A DNA stretch of 64,000 nucleotides from an uncultured Peptostreptococcaceae bacterium (GCA_964644525.1 CAZXWC010000001.1:7489-71488); one strand, 5' to 3'. Positions 36,524-47,197 are shown, numbered from the stretch's first letter. A program made the numbers and translations. Notes: generated by a model from the letters alone, not told the origin.

Positions 36524-39388
36524 TCACTCCGTTCCTCTTGCATTGTCCAAAGCATCGGGGTTTTCTGAAACAGGTAAATCAACATCAAGGTATTCAGCTA
36601 TTATATCTCTTGCTACCGGAGCAGCGTATCCTCCGTGAGCCCCTTGGAAAAGCAATACCGTCACTGCAATTTGCGGATTTTCATAAGGTGCAAACGCCAC
36701 AAACCATGCAAAACTTTTGTAATCATCTTTGTATCTGTCAATTTCCTCATTATCAATGGCTCCGTTTGTATACTCGTCAAGTGAGTATCTCCATATGGAA
36801 CCTTTATCCAAGTAGCCTTGGCGGACTCTTTCAGCAATTTCACCCGTGTTTCCTGCTTTTTCTAAAGCCGTTATCTCCTCGTTGCGTTTTGTAGTGATTT
36901 CATTCACAAGAGACTCAATTCGCGCCAATTCTATTGAATCACCTTCGTATTTTCCTGAAGCCGAAAGCTTTTTAAGATATGAATTGTAGTCTTTCAGATG
37001 TTGCTTTAAATAGATGACTTCATCAATCGGAGGAATTTTCCCTTGCTTTTGAGCAGTCCCGGTTTTCGCTCCCACCTTTTCCGGAAAATCCGCAAAAATA
37101 GTTCTTGCCGTCCCTTGATCCCCTTGTGTAACTTCAAGCATACCTTCTCTTATATATGAAAGATTATCCTCATTCTTTAATTCTATGCTTTCTCCATAAC
37201 CTCTGTTTCCCTTGTCAAGTGTCAAGTCATAAAGCGTTCCCCCGTTGGCGATTGCAGAGATGTATCTTGCCATTTCAATCGCTGTATAGGTATGTCCTCC
37301 CTGCCCTATGGCAAGGTTGAAAGTATCACCGACGTCCCAAGCTATCTGGTTGAAGTAACTGTATTTTACAAGGTCGGCAAGAGACTCGACTTTTGAAATC
37401 CTTGAATTTTCAACCTTCTCATCCCTCACGCCAATTTGGGACAACCTTCTTATAATTTCGCCCCTTGACGGGTTTTCATCGGCCCATTTGGCAATTTCGT
37501 CAACAGTTTCATTCAATTTCTCTTCGTTATCGTAAATTGATTGTATGAAATAATACTCGGCAACACTTTTGAGTTTCAGCTTGAGGTAATATTTTTTATT
37601 TGCTATTTCTTTATCTGGATCAGGAACGCCATAAGCCGCCTCTTCAATTTCAATGCCGGTGTTCTCCCCCAAGCCGAATTTCTTAGCGTAATCGAGCATA
37701 GTCTCGACGTCCATTTCAAAATCCATAGGCTTGTCCCTGTAATAGTCATATCCGGATGAGATGCTGTAGAAATAATAATTGCAAGATACCTCTATAGCTT
37801 TTATCAGGTTGGTAAGCCCATGCTTGGCGCGATAATCGTTCCATATCCAGCATCCAAAATCACGGTCGGAAAGTTCTATCCTTCCGTCGGAATATATTTG
37901 CTTGTAAGGATCAAGCCCCTGTTCAAGAGCAGCAAGACCGGTTATCATCTTGAATGTCGACCCTGGTTGTACTGCTGTCAGCGCGGCTATATTGTACATT
38001 GGCCTTGCCGCCAATGGATTTCTTGAATTTTCAGGTTGCAAACTGTTCCAATCGCTTTGATTTATTCCCGTTGTAAAGAGATTTGGGTCGTATGAGGGAA
38101 AATTAGCCATAGCAAGTATTTCACCTGTGTTTACATCTACCGCAACAGCAGCCCCCGAATCAGCGTTTGGAGATTGTTCACCAAAGGAATAATCCCCCCA
38201 GGGACTTTCATAAACACCTTTGGTCTGTATTCTCTGCAATACTTTTTCAAGCGCATCTTCGGCTGTTTTTTGCAATTTGGAATCAATCGTCAGAACAATG
38301 TTTTCACCAGGGACCGGTTTCTCTTCGCTTATTTCAGATATCAATTGACCATATACATCGACTTCAACTTTTTTTAAACCGTCATTGCCTTTCAATTCAC
38401 TTTCATAGCTTTTTTCAATTCCTGTTTTCCCTATGAATGCGTTGGGTGAATACCCCATTCCACTTATATATTTTTCGATTTCGGATGTTGTGCTTATTTT
38501 ACCTAGATACCCAAGCACATGAGCCGCAAGTTTGCCCTCAGGATAATATCTTATCGGTTCAATCTGAACATCTATCCCCTGGAGATGCATTCCTTTTTCC
38601 TCAATCAATATGGCTGTTTCTTCTGAAATATCATCAGCCAATGTAATTGGCTGATATTTTCTGTAACCCTTGTTTTTTATTGCATTCCTCACCGCAAGAA
38701 TGTCCAGCGATTGGGAGATCGTGTATTCATTTCCGATTTCATAATATTCCCTTATTGCATAATAGGCTTTTTCTGAGCTTGAATCATAATCCAAGCCATA
38801 GGATTTCAAAAATTCCTCTTTTTTCATCTGTGAAATAAACTTCATGCTCTTGACTGAAATAGGAGGTGTTATCCCTTTATGGGCCAACAGATTCTGAGCC
38901 TCATAAACACTGAGATCCTCATCAATTTCCTCACGCATCCTAAGCATGGCGAAAGCTGTCCTGGCATCTTTCGCTTCATGCAATTGATTGTTCTCAAGCC
39001 ACTCTTCAATATCAATGTCGTATGAAAATTCAAAGTTGCCATTTTCGCCCAGCCCTATTGGAAATTCTATATGTTCCTCTCCCTTTAGGTCGAGTATGTC
39101 CATAAGGTCTACCGCCGTGTTCTCAAGGTTTTCTTTCGGTATTTCGCTTATTATAAGCTTTACGGTAAATGACGGTATGTTTCCTGCCAGTAAAAGGCCG
39201 TTTCTGTCGGTTATTTCACCACGCCATGCTGTTACGGGCAATTCCTTTATTCTTACATTCTCCGAAGTTTCAGCATAATCAGCACCATCTACTATTGTTA
39301 GGCTTGCCAGCCTAAAAAGCAATAAAATAAATATTGAAGCTACAATAATAAAAAGTTGATTGCTTCTATTCTTAATGAATTCATCCAT
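36524..39388 (-). CDS. mrdA: Penicillin-binding protein 2 (elongasome transpeptidase), 954 aa with large insertions
   Basis: TM anchor, RGEITDRNG, and SxxK (STFK), SxN (SCN), KTG (KTGTA) motifs. ATG 39388 is preferred over ORF-track TTG 39403. Confidence 0.88.
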   Translation of the reverse strand: MDEFIKNRSNQLFIIVASIFILLLFRLASLTIVDGADYAETSENVRIKELPVTAWRGEITDRNGLLLAGNIPSFTVKLIISEIPKENLENTAVDLMDILDLKGEEHIEFPIGLGENGNFEFSYDIDIEEWLENNQLHEAKDARTAFAMLRMREEIDEDLSVYEAQNLLAHKGITPPISVKSMKFISQMKKEEFLKSYGLDYDSSSEKAYYAIREYYEIGNEYTISQSLDILAVRNAIKNKGYRKYQPITLADDISEETAILIEEKGMHLQGIDVQIEPIRYYPEGKLAAHVLGYLGKISTTSEIEKYISGMGYSPNAFIGKTGIEKSYESELKGNDGLKKVEVDVYGQLISEISEEKPVPGENIVLTIDSKLQKTAEDALEKVLQRIQTKGVYESPWGDYSFGEQSPNADSGAAVAVDVNTGEILAMANFPSYDPNLFTTGINQSDWNSLQPENSRNPLAARPMYNIAALTAVQPGSTFKMITGLAALEQGLDPYKQIYSDGRIELSDRDFGCWIWNDYRAKHGLTNLIKAIEVSCNYYFYSISSGYDYYRDKPMDFEMDVETMLDYAKKFGLGENTGIEIEEAAYGVPDPDKEIANKKYYLKLKLKSVAEYYFIQSIYDNEEKLNETVDEIAKWADENPSRGEIIRRLSQIGVRDEKVENSRISKVESLADLVKYSYFNQIAWDVGDTFNLAIGQGGHTYTAIEMARYISAIANGGTLYDLTLDKGNRGYGESIELKNEDNLSYIREGMLEVTQGDQGTARTIFADFPEKVGAKTGTAQKQGKIPPIDEVIYLKQHLKDYNSYLKKLSASGKYEGDSIELARIESLVNEITTKRNEEITALEKAGNTGEIAERVRQGYLDKGSIWRYSLDEYTNGAIDNEEIDRYKDDYKSFAWFVAFAPYENPQIAVTVLLFQGAHGGYAAPVARDIIAEYLDVDLPVSENPDALDNARGTE

Positions 39389-39893
39389 TTGACCACCTGC
39401 CAATGTTTACAAAGCCCATTTTGCCAAGTACCCGACCGAAAATTTTATACAAAATCCAACAAAAGATTATATTCAAAAACAATTCAGGCAATATCATGCG
39501 CAAAAATATTGCCAATAAATTAAATCGCATACCAGCAAAATAATATATGACAATCATCATAAAATATTGGCAGATTGTTGCAAAAGCGACCATAACTACA
39601 GGCGTTGCTCCACTTTCTTTTAAAAAGCTTCCTTTAATTGCCGAAATGGAAAAAGCAACTGTTAAATAAATAAGTGTATACATTCCAAAAGCCGGGCTAA
39701 AGAAAAAATCCTGCAAGACTCCGCCAACAACAGCCGAAAAAATACCTACTGGCATTATACATCTGACCGAAAAAACGACAATCAGGACCAAAGCAAGATT
39801 GGACATAACCCCAAAAGCCCTTATGTGCTGTAATAGGGTTGTTTGAAGTATGAATCCCGCAAACATTGTAAAAGCGGTAATTCCGTATTTCAT
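39381..39893 (-). CDS. mreD: Rod shape-determining protein MreD
   Basis: 170 aa polytopic membrane protein. ATGA overlap with mreC; conserved position. Confidence 0.8.
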   Translation of the reverse strand: MKYGITAFTMFAGFILQTTLLQHIRAFGVMSNLALVLIVVFSVRCIMPVGIFSAVVGGVLQDFFFSPAFGMYTLIYLTVAFSISAIKGSFLKESGATPVVMVAFATICQYFMMIVIYYFAGMRFNLLAIFLRMILPELFLNIIFCWILYKIFGRVLGKMGFVNIGRWSNG

Positions 39894-40738
39894 TGCGCTT
39901 CCACCTCTTTTAATGGCAAAAGCACCATTACCCTGTTTATAGTTTTAAAATCAACCACTTCTTCGACTTTTATCCTCTTTAGCAACTCGTTTTTTTCAAT
40001 TATCACATCGCTTATTGTGCCTATAAGCAATCCTTCGGGATAAATTCCAATACCCGAAGTTATGATTTCCTGTCCTGCGTGTACTTCCGCTTTGGGATTG
40101 AAAAGATATCCGGACAATCCCCTTTCTGCTCCGCCTTCCACTATCCCTATAGAGAAATCCTTTTCATCCAGAAGCTTGAAACTGACAGAGCTTTTATTGT
40201 CTATTATTGAAACTACCTTTGCCCAGTCCTTTCCTGCCTCATAAACTATCCCTATCAGCCCATCTCCATTAATTACAGCCTGTTCTTGATAGACACCGTC
40301 GTTTGTCCCTTTGTTGATTATAAACATGTTAAACCATGTACCCGGATCTTTCGAAACAACATCACATGTCAAAAAATCATAGCCTTTAGATTGTGCATAG
40401 TTCAATGCTTTTTTCATTTGGGAAAGATCTTCCTTTTCTTTTTGGGAAAGAGTTGCCGCAATCAATTTTCTTCTAAGCTCCTGGTTTTCAATTTCAAGTT
40501 CTTTGTTGATTTTATCCAGACGCCAAATATTTGCCACAGGATTAAATATATTGCCAAAAAAATCTGCACCGACTGTAAACCCTCTTTGTATCAGAGCAAC
40601 ATTTTTGCCGGCGAAATTTTCTATCGGACTTATTTCGCCACCCCCGCCAAATGTTGCAATTATTAAAAATAAAAGCAAAAGAATTGCGATTCCCGCCATT
40701 ATTTTCTTTTTTTTAAATTCGTTCACTCTTATCACCAC
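39890..40738 (-). CDS. mreC: Rod shape-determining protein MreC
   Basis: N-terminal TM segment, coiled coil, and beta-rich C-terminal domains. The start is probably GTG 40726 behind GAGTGGTGAT; the ORF-track start is GTG 40738. Confidence 0.85.
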   Translation of the reverse strand: MVIRVNEFKKKKIMAGIAILLLLFLIIATFGGGGEISPIENFAGKNVALIQRGFTVGADFFGNIFNPVANIWRLDKINKELEIENQELRRKLIAATLSQKEKEDLSQMKKALNYAQSKGYDFLTCDVVSKDPGTWFNMFIINKGTNDGVYQEQAVINGDGLIGIVYEAGKDWAKVVSIIDNKSSVSFKLLDEKDFSIGIVEGGAERGLSGYLFNPKAEVHAGQEIITSGIGIYPEGLLIGTISDVIIEKNELLKRIKVEEVVDFKTINRVMVLLPLKEVEAQ

Positions 40739-40743
40739 TCATA

Positions 40744-41778
40744 TCAATAATTTCGCTTTGTTGAAACAAAAACACGCTTATGTTCATCCAGAGTTTCGAT
40801 TGCTTTTCCTGTTCCCAAAGCAACACAATCCAATGGATTTTCCGCAATATTTGCCGGCATTTCCGTTTCCCTTCTTATAAGCTCGTCCAAGCCGGACAAA
40901 AGGGCACCGCCCCCGGTCAACATTATTCCTGTCTCCATTATGTCTGAAGCCAGTTCCGGTGGAGTCCTCTCCAACGTATTCTTAATATTTTCTACTATTA
41001 CCTTAACCGGTTCATAAAGCGCATCTTTTATTTCCAGTTCATTTATGCACATTGTTTTCGGCAACCCCGTAACCAAATCCCGGCCGCTTATTTTCATTTC
41101 CTTTATATCGTTTCCCACATATGCTGAGCCTACTGTCATTTTTATTTTTTCAGCTGTACGCTCACCAATCATCAAGCTATATTTCTTTTTCATGAAATTT
41201 ATTATAGCGATATCCATCTCATCACCGCCTACTCTTACCGACCTGTTGCTCACAATTCCTCCCATGGATATTATTGCCATTTCAGTAGTTCCGCCGCCTA
41301 CATCAACAACCATGCTTCCCACCGGTTCTCCTACGGGAAGTCCAGAGCCTATCGCCGCTGCCATTGGCTCTTCTATAAGCAATGCTTTTTTTGCGCCGGC
41401 AGAAATAGCCGCATCAATTACAGCTCTTTTTTCCACTTCCGTCACTCCACATGGAACCCCTAGCAATATCCTCGGGGCAAATATAAAAGTATTTGTTGAA
41501 AATGCCTTTTTTATAAAATATCTTAGCATGATTTCCGTAGTGTCAAAATCGGCTATTACCCCATCCTTTAATGGCCTTATTGCTTTAATATTACCAGGTG
41601 TCCGGCCTATCATCAGTTTTGCTTCGCTCCCCACTGCAAGTATTTCATTAGTGACCGTATCAATTGCAACAACCGAAGGTTCTCTTATCACTATTCCCGA
41701 GCCCTTTACATAGACTAGGGTATTTGCTGTTCCCAAGTCTATCCCCATATCCTTGGCAAATAAATTTTTAAAACACAT
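40744..41778 (-). CDS. mreB: Rod shape-determining protein MreB
   Basis: 344 aa actin-like ATPase with [14 protein letters not shown] and [10 protein letters not shown]. Confidence 0.96.
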   Translation of the reverse strand: MCFKNLFAKDMGIDLGTANTLVYVKGSGIVIREPSVVAIDTVTNEILAVGSEAKLMIGRTPGNIKAIRPLKDGVIADFDTTEIMLRYFIKKAFSTNTFIFAPRILLGVPCGVTEVEKRAVIDAAISAGAKKALLIEEPMAAAIGSGLPVGEPVGSMVVDVGGGTTEMAIISMGGIVSNRSVRVGGDEMDIAIINFMKKKYSLMIGERTAEKIKMTVGSAYVGNDIKEMKISGRDLVTGLPKTMCINELEIKDALYEPVKVIVENIKNTLERTPPELASDIMETGIMLTGGGALLSGLDELIRRETEMPANIAENPLDCVALGTGKAIETLDEHKRVFVSTKRNY

Positions 41779-41798
41779 TTTTTATCCCCTTCCAATAC

Positions 41799-42488
41799 TT
41801 AAAATAAACCATTTTCCTTGAGGCTGTAATAATCTCCATCCCCTATCACTATATGATCCAGAACCTTTATTCCTATAAGGTCTCCTGCCTCAGAGAGCCG
41901 CTTTGTTATCTGTATGTCCTCTTGGCTTGGGTTAGAATTGCCGCTTGGATGATTATGCATTAGAATTACAGAATTGCTACTGTATACGATTGCAGGCTTG
42001 AACACTTCCCTCGGATGGACTATGGAAGCATTCAGGCTTCCTACTGAAATGTTTTCATCTCGCAATATCTCGTTTTTTGTATTAAGATAAATAACCTTGA
42101 AAACCTCCCTGTCAAGAAATCTCAATTCGCTCATATAGCAATTTGCAACACCCTTCGGAGAGTGCACATCCACTTTTTTTGTTGCCGTTAGCTTGTCCAT
42201 TCTTTTTCCCAGTTCCAAAGCCGCAAGAAGTTGGCATGCTTTCGCTTTACCTATTCCATCAATTTTAATCAACTCATCCACTCTGCATCTCCCGAGATAA
42301 GCCAATCCATTTCTATCCTCGCATAATATTTTTCTTGAAAGCTCGATTGCCGACAATCCCTTCTTTCCCGTTCTGAGCAAAATAGCCAACAATTCCGGGT
42401 TGGAAAGACTTGCCGCCCCATTTGATACAAGCTTTTCCCTTGGTCTTTCATCCTCCGGCAATTCCTTCATTACATATGAACTTTTCAT
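41799..42488 (-). CDS. radC: RadC-like JAB domain protein
   Basis: LPEDERPREKL N-terminus, an HhH segment, and the JAMM motif HNHPSG. Confidence 0.9.
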   Translation of the reverse strand: MKSSYVMKELPEDERPREKLVSNGAASLSNPELLAILLRTGKKGLSAIELSRKILCEDRNGLAYLGRCRVDELIKIDGIGKAKACQLLAALELGKRMDKLTATKKVDVHSPKGVANCYMSELRFLDREVFKVIYLNTKNEILRDENISVGSLNASIVHPREVFKPAIVYSSNSVILMHNHPSGNSNPSQEDIQITKRLSEAGDLIGIKVLDHIVIGDGDYYSLKENGLF

Positions 42489-42489
42489 G

Positions 42490-43050
42490 TCATCCCCCTA
42501 TTTTTTTAAGCTTATAGGCCAAGCTACCAACAGGAAGTCCGACCACATTGAAATAGTCTCCATTTACGGATTCCACCAGGGAAGCACCAAAACCTTGAAT
42601 GGCGTATCCACCAGCCTTCCCCATCGGCTCGCCCGTACCGACATAACGATCTATATCAGAACTGCTTAATTCTTTTATTTTTACGGAAGAATATTCGTAA
42701 TAAATCTCTTTTATGCCTTCGCTTATTATTGCCACTCCGGTATATACCCTGTGCGTCTTTCCGCTTATTCTTTCAAGCATTTCCATTGCATCAGACTCAT
42801 TCGAAGGCTTACCTAAAACCTTGTCAAGAAATACGACTGTATCGGCTCCTATTACAATACTTTCCGGTTTTTTAACAAATACATCCCATGCTTTTTCAAA
42901 AGCCAAAGACATTACCGTTGTTACCGGGTCCTCTTCTTTGATCTTTTCCGATATGTCACTCGGAATTGAAATGAATTCAATACCAAGCGACTTTAGAATA
43001 TCGATTCTTCTCTCCGATGCAGAAGCCAAAACTATTTGCTTTCTATTCAT
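42490..43050 (-). CDS. maf: Maf-like nucleoside triphosphate pyrophosphatase
   Basis: MNRKQIVLASASERRIDILKSLG...GKAGGYAIQG. AGGAGTGA SD before ATG 43050. Confidence 0.9.
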   Translation of the reverse strand: MNRKQIVLASASERRIDILKSLGIEFISIPSDISEKIKEEDPVTTVMSLAFEKAWDVFVKKPESIVIGADTVVFLDKVLGKPSNESDAMEMLERISGKTHRVYTGVAIISEGIKEIYYEYSSVKIKELSSSDIDRYVGTGEPMGKAGGYAIQGFGASLVESVNGDYFNVVGLPVGSLAYKLKKIGG

Positions 43051-43060
43051 AAAATCACTC

Positions 43061-43309
43061 CTACCGTCGAGTAACTGCCAAAAGTCCGGCCAGCCCTCCA
43101 ATAAGTCCCATTACATTTACATTGAAAAGCAGTCCTATATGAAAATCCAGAACATATAATTTTAAAGAAAAATTGTCCACTCCCAAAGGAATGACTTTGG
43201 AAAACAAAGGAACAATGCCAGACAGTGCATTCCCCGCCAAGTTACCGAGAATCATTCCTATGACAACAGCAACCGAAATTGCTAAAACTGACCTGCTTCC
43301 TCTTTTCAT
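43061..43309 (-). CDS. Small membrane protein, DUF4321-like
   Basis: 82 aa with two hydrophobic segments. GGGAGTGAG SD. The position upstream of maf is typical in Clostridia (from memory). Confidence 0.6.
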   Translation of the reverse strand: MKRGSRSVLAISVAVVIGMILGNLAGNALSGIVPLFSKVIPLGVDNFSLKLYVLDFHIGLLFNVNVMGLIGGLAGLLAVTRR

Positions 43310-43412
43310 TACACTCACTCCCAATCCTTGATAAATGTTGAAATTTCAATATTTTAAACTACAATAAGTGTAACATTTAGCATTTGTCATATCAAGCGAT
43401 TTTTAGGGCAAT

Positions 43413-43452
43413 AAAAAAAGCGGAAGCGCCTACTGAAGCGCTTCCGCTTTTT
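43413..43452 (-). terminator. Rho-independent terminator of the rnf operon
   Basis: GCGGAAGCGC-N8-GCGCTTCCGC flanked by A7 and T5. Confidence 0.88.
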
Positions 43453-43456
43453 AATT

Positions 43457-44446
43457 CTATTTGAGTTTTATAGCATCTTTGGGGCATTTTTCAACACAAG
43501 CTCCGCAACCGATGCATTTTTCCACATCAACCTTATGGGGTTTTTTTACTTCTCCCTCAATGGCGTCAACCGGGCAAACTTTAGTACACAGGGTACAGCC
43601 AATGCAAGTTTCCTCGTCAATCTCAGCTTTCTTTCTGTTGTCTATGTTTCCTGCGATGGCACCTGTGGGACATTTTTCAACACAAATCATGCATTCCTTG
43701 CATTTTGTATAGTCAATAACAGCTAAATTGTCTACAACATGTATGGCGTCGAAAGGACAATTTTTTTCGCAAATCTTGCAGCCGATACAACCTACATCAC
43801 AAGATACCTTTACATTCTTGCCTTTATCCTTGCTATTGCAGTCAACTATTACTTCCTGCCCGTAAGGAACAAGTGTTATTACATTTTTAGGGCATGCCTC
43901 AATGCAATTTCCACAGGCTGTGCATTTATCATCAATGACTTCGGCTATGCCTTTGTCATTAATAAAAATTGCATCGAATGGACATACATCAACACAAGTG
44001 CCGAGTCCAAGACATCCGAATGAACAACTTTTACTTCCGCCATTTACTATATTGGCGGCTTTACAATCCTGTATTCCTATATATTCGTATTTTTCTTTTG
44101 CATTGTCACATGTTCCATTGCAAATGACATGAGCAACCATTTTTGTGCTGTCTTCAACAACAAGACCCATGATTTCAGCAATTTTTTCTGCTGTTTCCGT
44201 TCCGCCTACAGGGCATCCGTTTACCTTGGCTTCGCCTTTTGCCACAGCATTGGCAAAACCATCACACCCCGGATATCCGCATCCACCACAATTTGCACCC
44301 GGAAGAACTTCCCTTACAGCAACTGCCTTTGGGTCTATTTCAACTGCAAATTTCTGTGAAGCATAAGCCAAACCGGCTCCAAAAATCAATCCCATTCCAC
44401 CAAGGCTCAAGGTAGAATAAATCAAACCATTAATATTCATATTCAT
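43457..44446 (-). CDS. rnfB: Rnf complex subunit B (polyferredoxin type)
   Basis: N-terminal TM segment, an Fe-S module CGGCGYPGC...C, and six CxxCxxCxxxCP motifs. ATG 44446 lies behind an AGGAGA SD. Confidence 0.9.
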   Translation of the reverse strand: MNMNINGLIYSTLSLGGMGLIFGAGLAYASQKFAVEIDPKAVAVREVLPGANCGGCGYPGCDGFANAVAKGEAKVNGCPVGGTETAEKIAEIMGLVVEDSTKMVAHVICNGTCDNAKEKYEYIGIQDCKAANIVNGGSKSCSFGCLGLGTCVDVCPFDAIFINDKGIAEVIDDKCTACGNCIEACPKNVITLVPYGQEVIVDCNSKDKGKNVKVSCDVGCIGCKICEKNCPFDAIHVVDNLAVIDYTKCKECMICVEKCPTGAIAGNIDNRKKAEIDEETCIGCTLCTKVCPVDAIEGEVKKPHKVDVEKCIGCGACVEKCPKDAIKLK

Positions 44447-44458
44447 CACCCTCTCCTT

Positions 44459-45040
44459 TTAAACTAGTCCCGCAAAGCCTAAAAATGCCATAGACATAAG
44501 GCCTGCAGTGATCAGAGCGATTGGGAAACCTTTAAACGGAGCGGGCACATCCGAAATTGCAAGTCTTTCACGAATTCCGGCAAACAAGATGATTGCCAGG
44601 GAAAAACCTACCGCAGCGCCAAAGGAATGAAAAATCGTCTGGACGAAATTCAATTTATATTGTATGTTCAATAGCGCCAAACCAAGAACAGCACAGTTTG
44701 TAGTTATAAGCGGAAGATATACTCCCAATGCCTGATACAAAACCGGGCTCAATTTTTGAAGCACTATTTCAACAAATTGCACAAGCGCCGCAATTACCAG
44801 TATGAATGCGACAGTCTGCAAATATTCGATATGAAAAAAAACTAAAATGTACTTTTGTACTAGGTATGTAATCATACCCGCCAATGTTATTACAAATGTA
44901 ACGGCCATTCCCATTCCAGTCGCAGTTTCAACCTGTTTTGAAACTCCAAGAAAAGGGCAGATTCCCAAAAATTTCGACATGACGAAGTTGTTTACGAGAA
45001 TCGAACTGACCAGGATAACGAAGATACTAGCGTTTTCCAT
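44459..45040 (-). CDS. rnfA: Rnf complex subunit A
   Basis: 193 aa polytopic protein with the RnfA/NqrE-like FLGICPFLG motif. Confidence 0.9.
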   Translation of the reverse strand: MENASIFVILVSSILVNNFVMSKFLGICPFLGVSKQVETATGMGMAVTFVITLAGMITYLVQKYILVFFHIEYLQTVAFILVIAALVQFVEIVLQKLSPVLYQALGVYLPLITTNCAVLGLALLNIQYKLNFVQTIFHSFGAAVGFSLAIILFAGIRERLAISDVPAPFKGFPIALITAGLMSMAFLGFAGLV

Positions 45041-45052
45041 TTCAATCCCCCC

Positions 45053-45649
45053 TTATGACAAACTTTTTTTGGTTTTGACAACATTATAAAGAGCCAACAA
45101 AATACCAAGTGCGATGAAGGCTCCCGGAGGAAGTATCATCATCAGAGCCGGTTTGTATGCAAACGGAAGCTGCCATCCAAACAAACTTCCAGCTCCCAGC
45201 AATTCTCTCACAGCTCCCAATACTGTCAGTGCCAATGTAAATCCAAGTCCCATTCCCAAACCGTCGAAAATGGAATCGATTACTGTATTCTTTGATGCAA
45301 AAGCCTCGGCTCTTGCAAGTATTATGCAGTTAACCACAATAAGAGGAATAAAAAGACCCAAAGCCTTGAACAGTGATGGCAGATATCCTTCCATCAGCAT
45401 TCCGACAATCGTAACAAAACTGGCAATTACAACTATAAAGGCCGGTATTCTGATTTTACTCGGTATTATTTTCCTCATCATTGAAATAGCCGCATTGGAA
45501 GCAACCAATACCGCGGTGGCCGCCAAACCCATTCCAACTCCATTTATAGCCGATGTTGTAACCGCCAGAGTTGGACACATGCCTAATAATTGCACGAATA
45601 TAGGATTTTCATCCAATAGTCCATTCTTGAAAATTTTCATTAAATTCAA
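45053..45649 (-). CDS. rnfE: Rnf complex subunit E
   Basis: 198 aa polytopic protein with LLGMCPTLAVT. TTG start 6 nt after GGAGGTGA. Confidence 0.9.
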   Translation of the reverse strand: MNLMKIFKNGLLDENPIFVQLLGMCPTLAVTTSAINGVGMGLAATAVLVASNAAISMMRKIIPSKIRIPAFIVVIASFVTIVGMLMEGYLPSLFKALGLFIPLIVVNCIILARAEAFASKNTVIDSIFDGLGMGLGFTLALTVLGAVRELLGAGSLFGWQLPFAYKPALMMILPPGAFIALGILLALYNVVKTKKSLS

Positions 45650-45669
45650 TATAATTCACCTCCGGAAAG

Positions 45670-46245
45670 TTACAGGCCCGAAACGATCTTGTAAGCTTCA
45701 ACAGCCATGTTGACGCCTTCCGTGACCGCTTTGGACGTTATGGTAGCTCCGGAAATTGCCTGTATTTCATTTCCGGCGGCTCCCGCTTTGACAACCGTCA
45801 ATTCAGATTCAGTGCTTTTACCAGCATACTGCCCGTAAAATTCAGGCAATAGCGCATTGGCTCCCAGGCCCGGTGTCTCCTGATGGTTGCCTACTCTCAT
45901 TCCGGTAATAGTCCCATCCCCCGAGATTCCTGTAATAACCTCAACACTTCCGCCGAATCCGCCCGGCAAGGACTTGACTGTATAACCAACCAATGTGTCT
46001 CCTGAAAGTCCTTCGTAAATCTCGACAACCAGCTCATTTTCAGCCTTTACTTTGTCTATCATATCGGCTTCTATCATTTCAAAAGACTCCGCTTCAGGCA
46101 AGACTTCCTGTCTGGACAATTGGCTTGTCAGTTCCCTTTGCTCAACAATCTTGTCGATGGTGAAATCATAAACAAGAGAAAGCAATCCTGCCGCAACGGC
46201 GCATATTAAAAGTAGAATCAATCCTAATTTGCTGATTTCTTTCAT
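45670..46245 (-). CDS. rnfG: Rnf complex subunit G (FMN-binding)
   Basis: Signal anchor plus an FMN attachment motif (SGATITS). Confidence 0.88.
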   Translation of the reverse strand: MKEISKLGLILLLICAVAAGLLSLVYDFTIDKIVEQRELTSQLSRQEVLPEAESFEMIEADMIDKVKAENELVVEIYEGLSGDTLVGYTVKSLPGGFGGSVEVITGISGDGTITGMRVGNHQETPGLGANALLPEFYGQYAGKSTESELTVVKAGAAGNEIQAISGATITSKAVTEGVNMAVEAYKIVSGL

Positions 46246-47183
46246 TATTTTTTCACACCTCCGAACACATTGGATTTGACATACTTGTCAATCAAAGGCG
46301 TAACAACATTCATGAAGAGAATGGAGAAAGACACGCCTCCTGGGTATCCTCCAAACAATCTGATCACTACTGTGATCAAACCGCATCCAACAGCATATAT
46401 GATCTGCCCCTTTGCCGTCATTGGAGATGACACATAGTCAGTGGCCATGAAAATAGCTCCCAATACGAGTCCTCCGGCAAGCAGATGGAACATCATGTAA
46501 TTGAAATCAAACCCTCCGTAAAGCAATGTCAAAACAGCCACGGTCCCCATGTATGCAAGGGGGATTCTTGGGCTTATCACTCCGCGATATACAAGATAAA
46601 TTCCACCAATCAAAAGGGCCAGTGCCGAAACTTCACCTATGCATCCTCCAACTCTACCTATGAAAAGATTGAAAATGGAAACGCTTTCAGGCACAATCCT
46701 GCTACCCTTTATAAGTGCAAGTGGAGTTGCCTCTGTCACTGCATCGACAGGAAACTTCCATGTAGTCATCTCAACCGGCCATGAAGCTATTAGAAAAACC
46801 CTTGCTGCCAAAGCTGGATTGATAAAGTTGTGTCCCAAACCTCCGAAGGCCTGTTTAGCAATTGCAATTGCAAAAACCGAACCTACTACCGGCATCCAGA
46901 AAGGAACTTCTGGCGGAAGGTTAAGTGCCAGCAAGAGTCCTGTTACTGCCGCACTGTAATCCATTACGGTAATGGCTTGTTTCCTTATGTTTTGTATGAC
47001 TGCTTCCGTCGCCATAGCCGCCGCAACAGACAGCAATACGACAATCAAAGTCTGAAATCCGAAGTAATACATTCCTGCAAGAGTTGCGGGAATAAGAGCT
47101 ATTACAACATCTCTCATTGTTTTATCAGTCGCTTCCTTCGACCTTATATGAGGCGATGAAGTGACTATTAATTTTCTTTCCAT
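46245..47183 (-). CDS. rnfD: Rnf complex subunit D
   Basis: MERKLIVTSSPHIRS... polytopic NqrB/RnfD-like protein. ATG 47183 lies behind AGGAGGG; the ORF-track start at 47309 overlaps rnfC. Confidence 0.9.
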   Translation of the reverse strand: MERKLIVTSSPHIRSKEATDKTMRDVVIALIPATLAGMYYFGFQTLIVVLLSVAAAMATEAVIQNIRKQAITVMDYSAAVTGLLLALNLPPEVPFWMPVVGSVFAIAIAKQAFGGLGHNFINPALAARVFLIASWPVEMTTWKFPVDAVTEATPLALIKGSRIVPESVSIFNLFIGRVGGCIGEVSALALLIGGIYLVYRGVISPRIPLAYMGTVAVLTLLYGGFDFNYMMFHLLAGGLVLGAIFMATDYVSSPMTAKGQIIYAVGCGLITVVIRLFGGYPGGVSFSILFMNVVTPLIDKYVKSNVFGGVKK

Positions 47184-47197
47184 CTTTACCCTCCTGT

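Noticed and set aside
41045-41713. 222-aa plus-strand ORF antisense to mreB. Similar long antisense ORFs occur at 30401-31171, 21229-21861, 33256-33882, 45114-45713, 59986-60522 and 2280-2792.
   Set aside because: Each lies opposite a strongly conserved, motif-bearing gene. They have low-complexity Ser/Pro/Ile/Phe-rich translations and lack SD sequences. They are the usual shadow ORFs of stop-poor antisense frames.
43457-44446. The 330-aa RnfB with six ferredoxin-type motifs as something unusual.
   Set aside because: Polyferredoxin-type RnfB subunits are typical of clostridial and acetogen Rnf complexes, so this is not novel.
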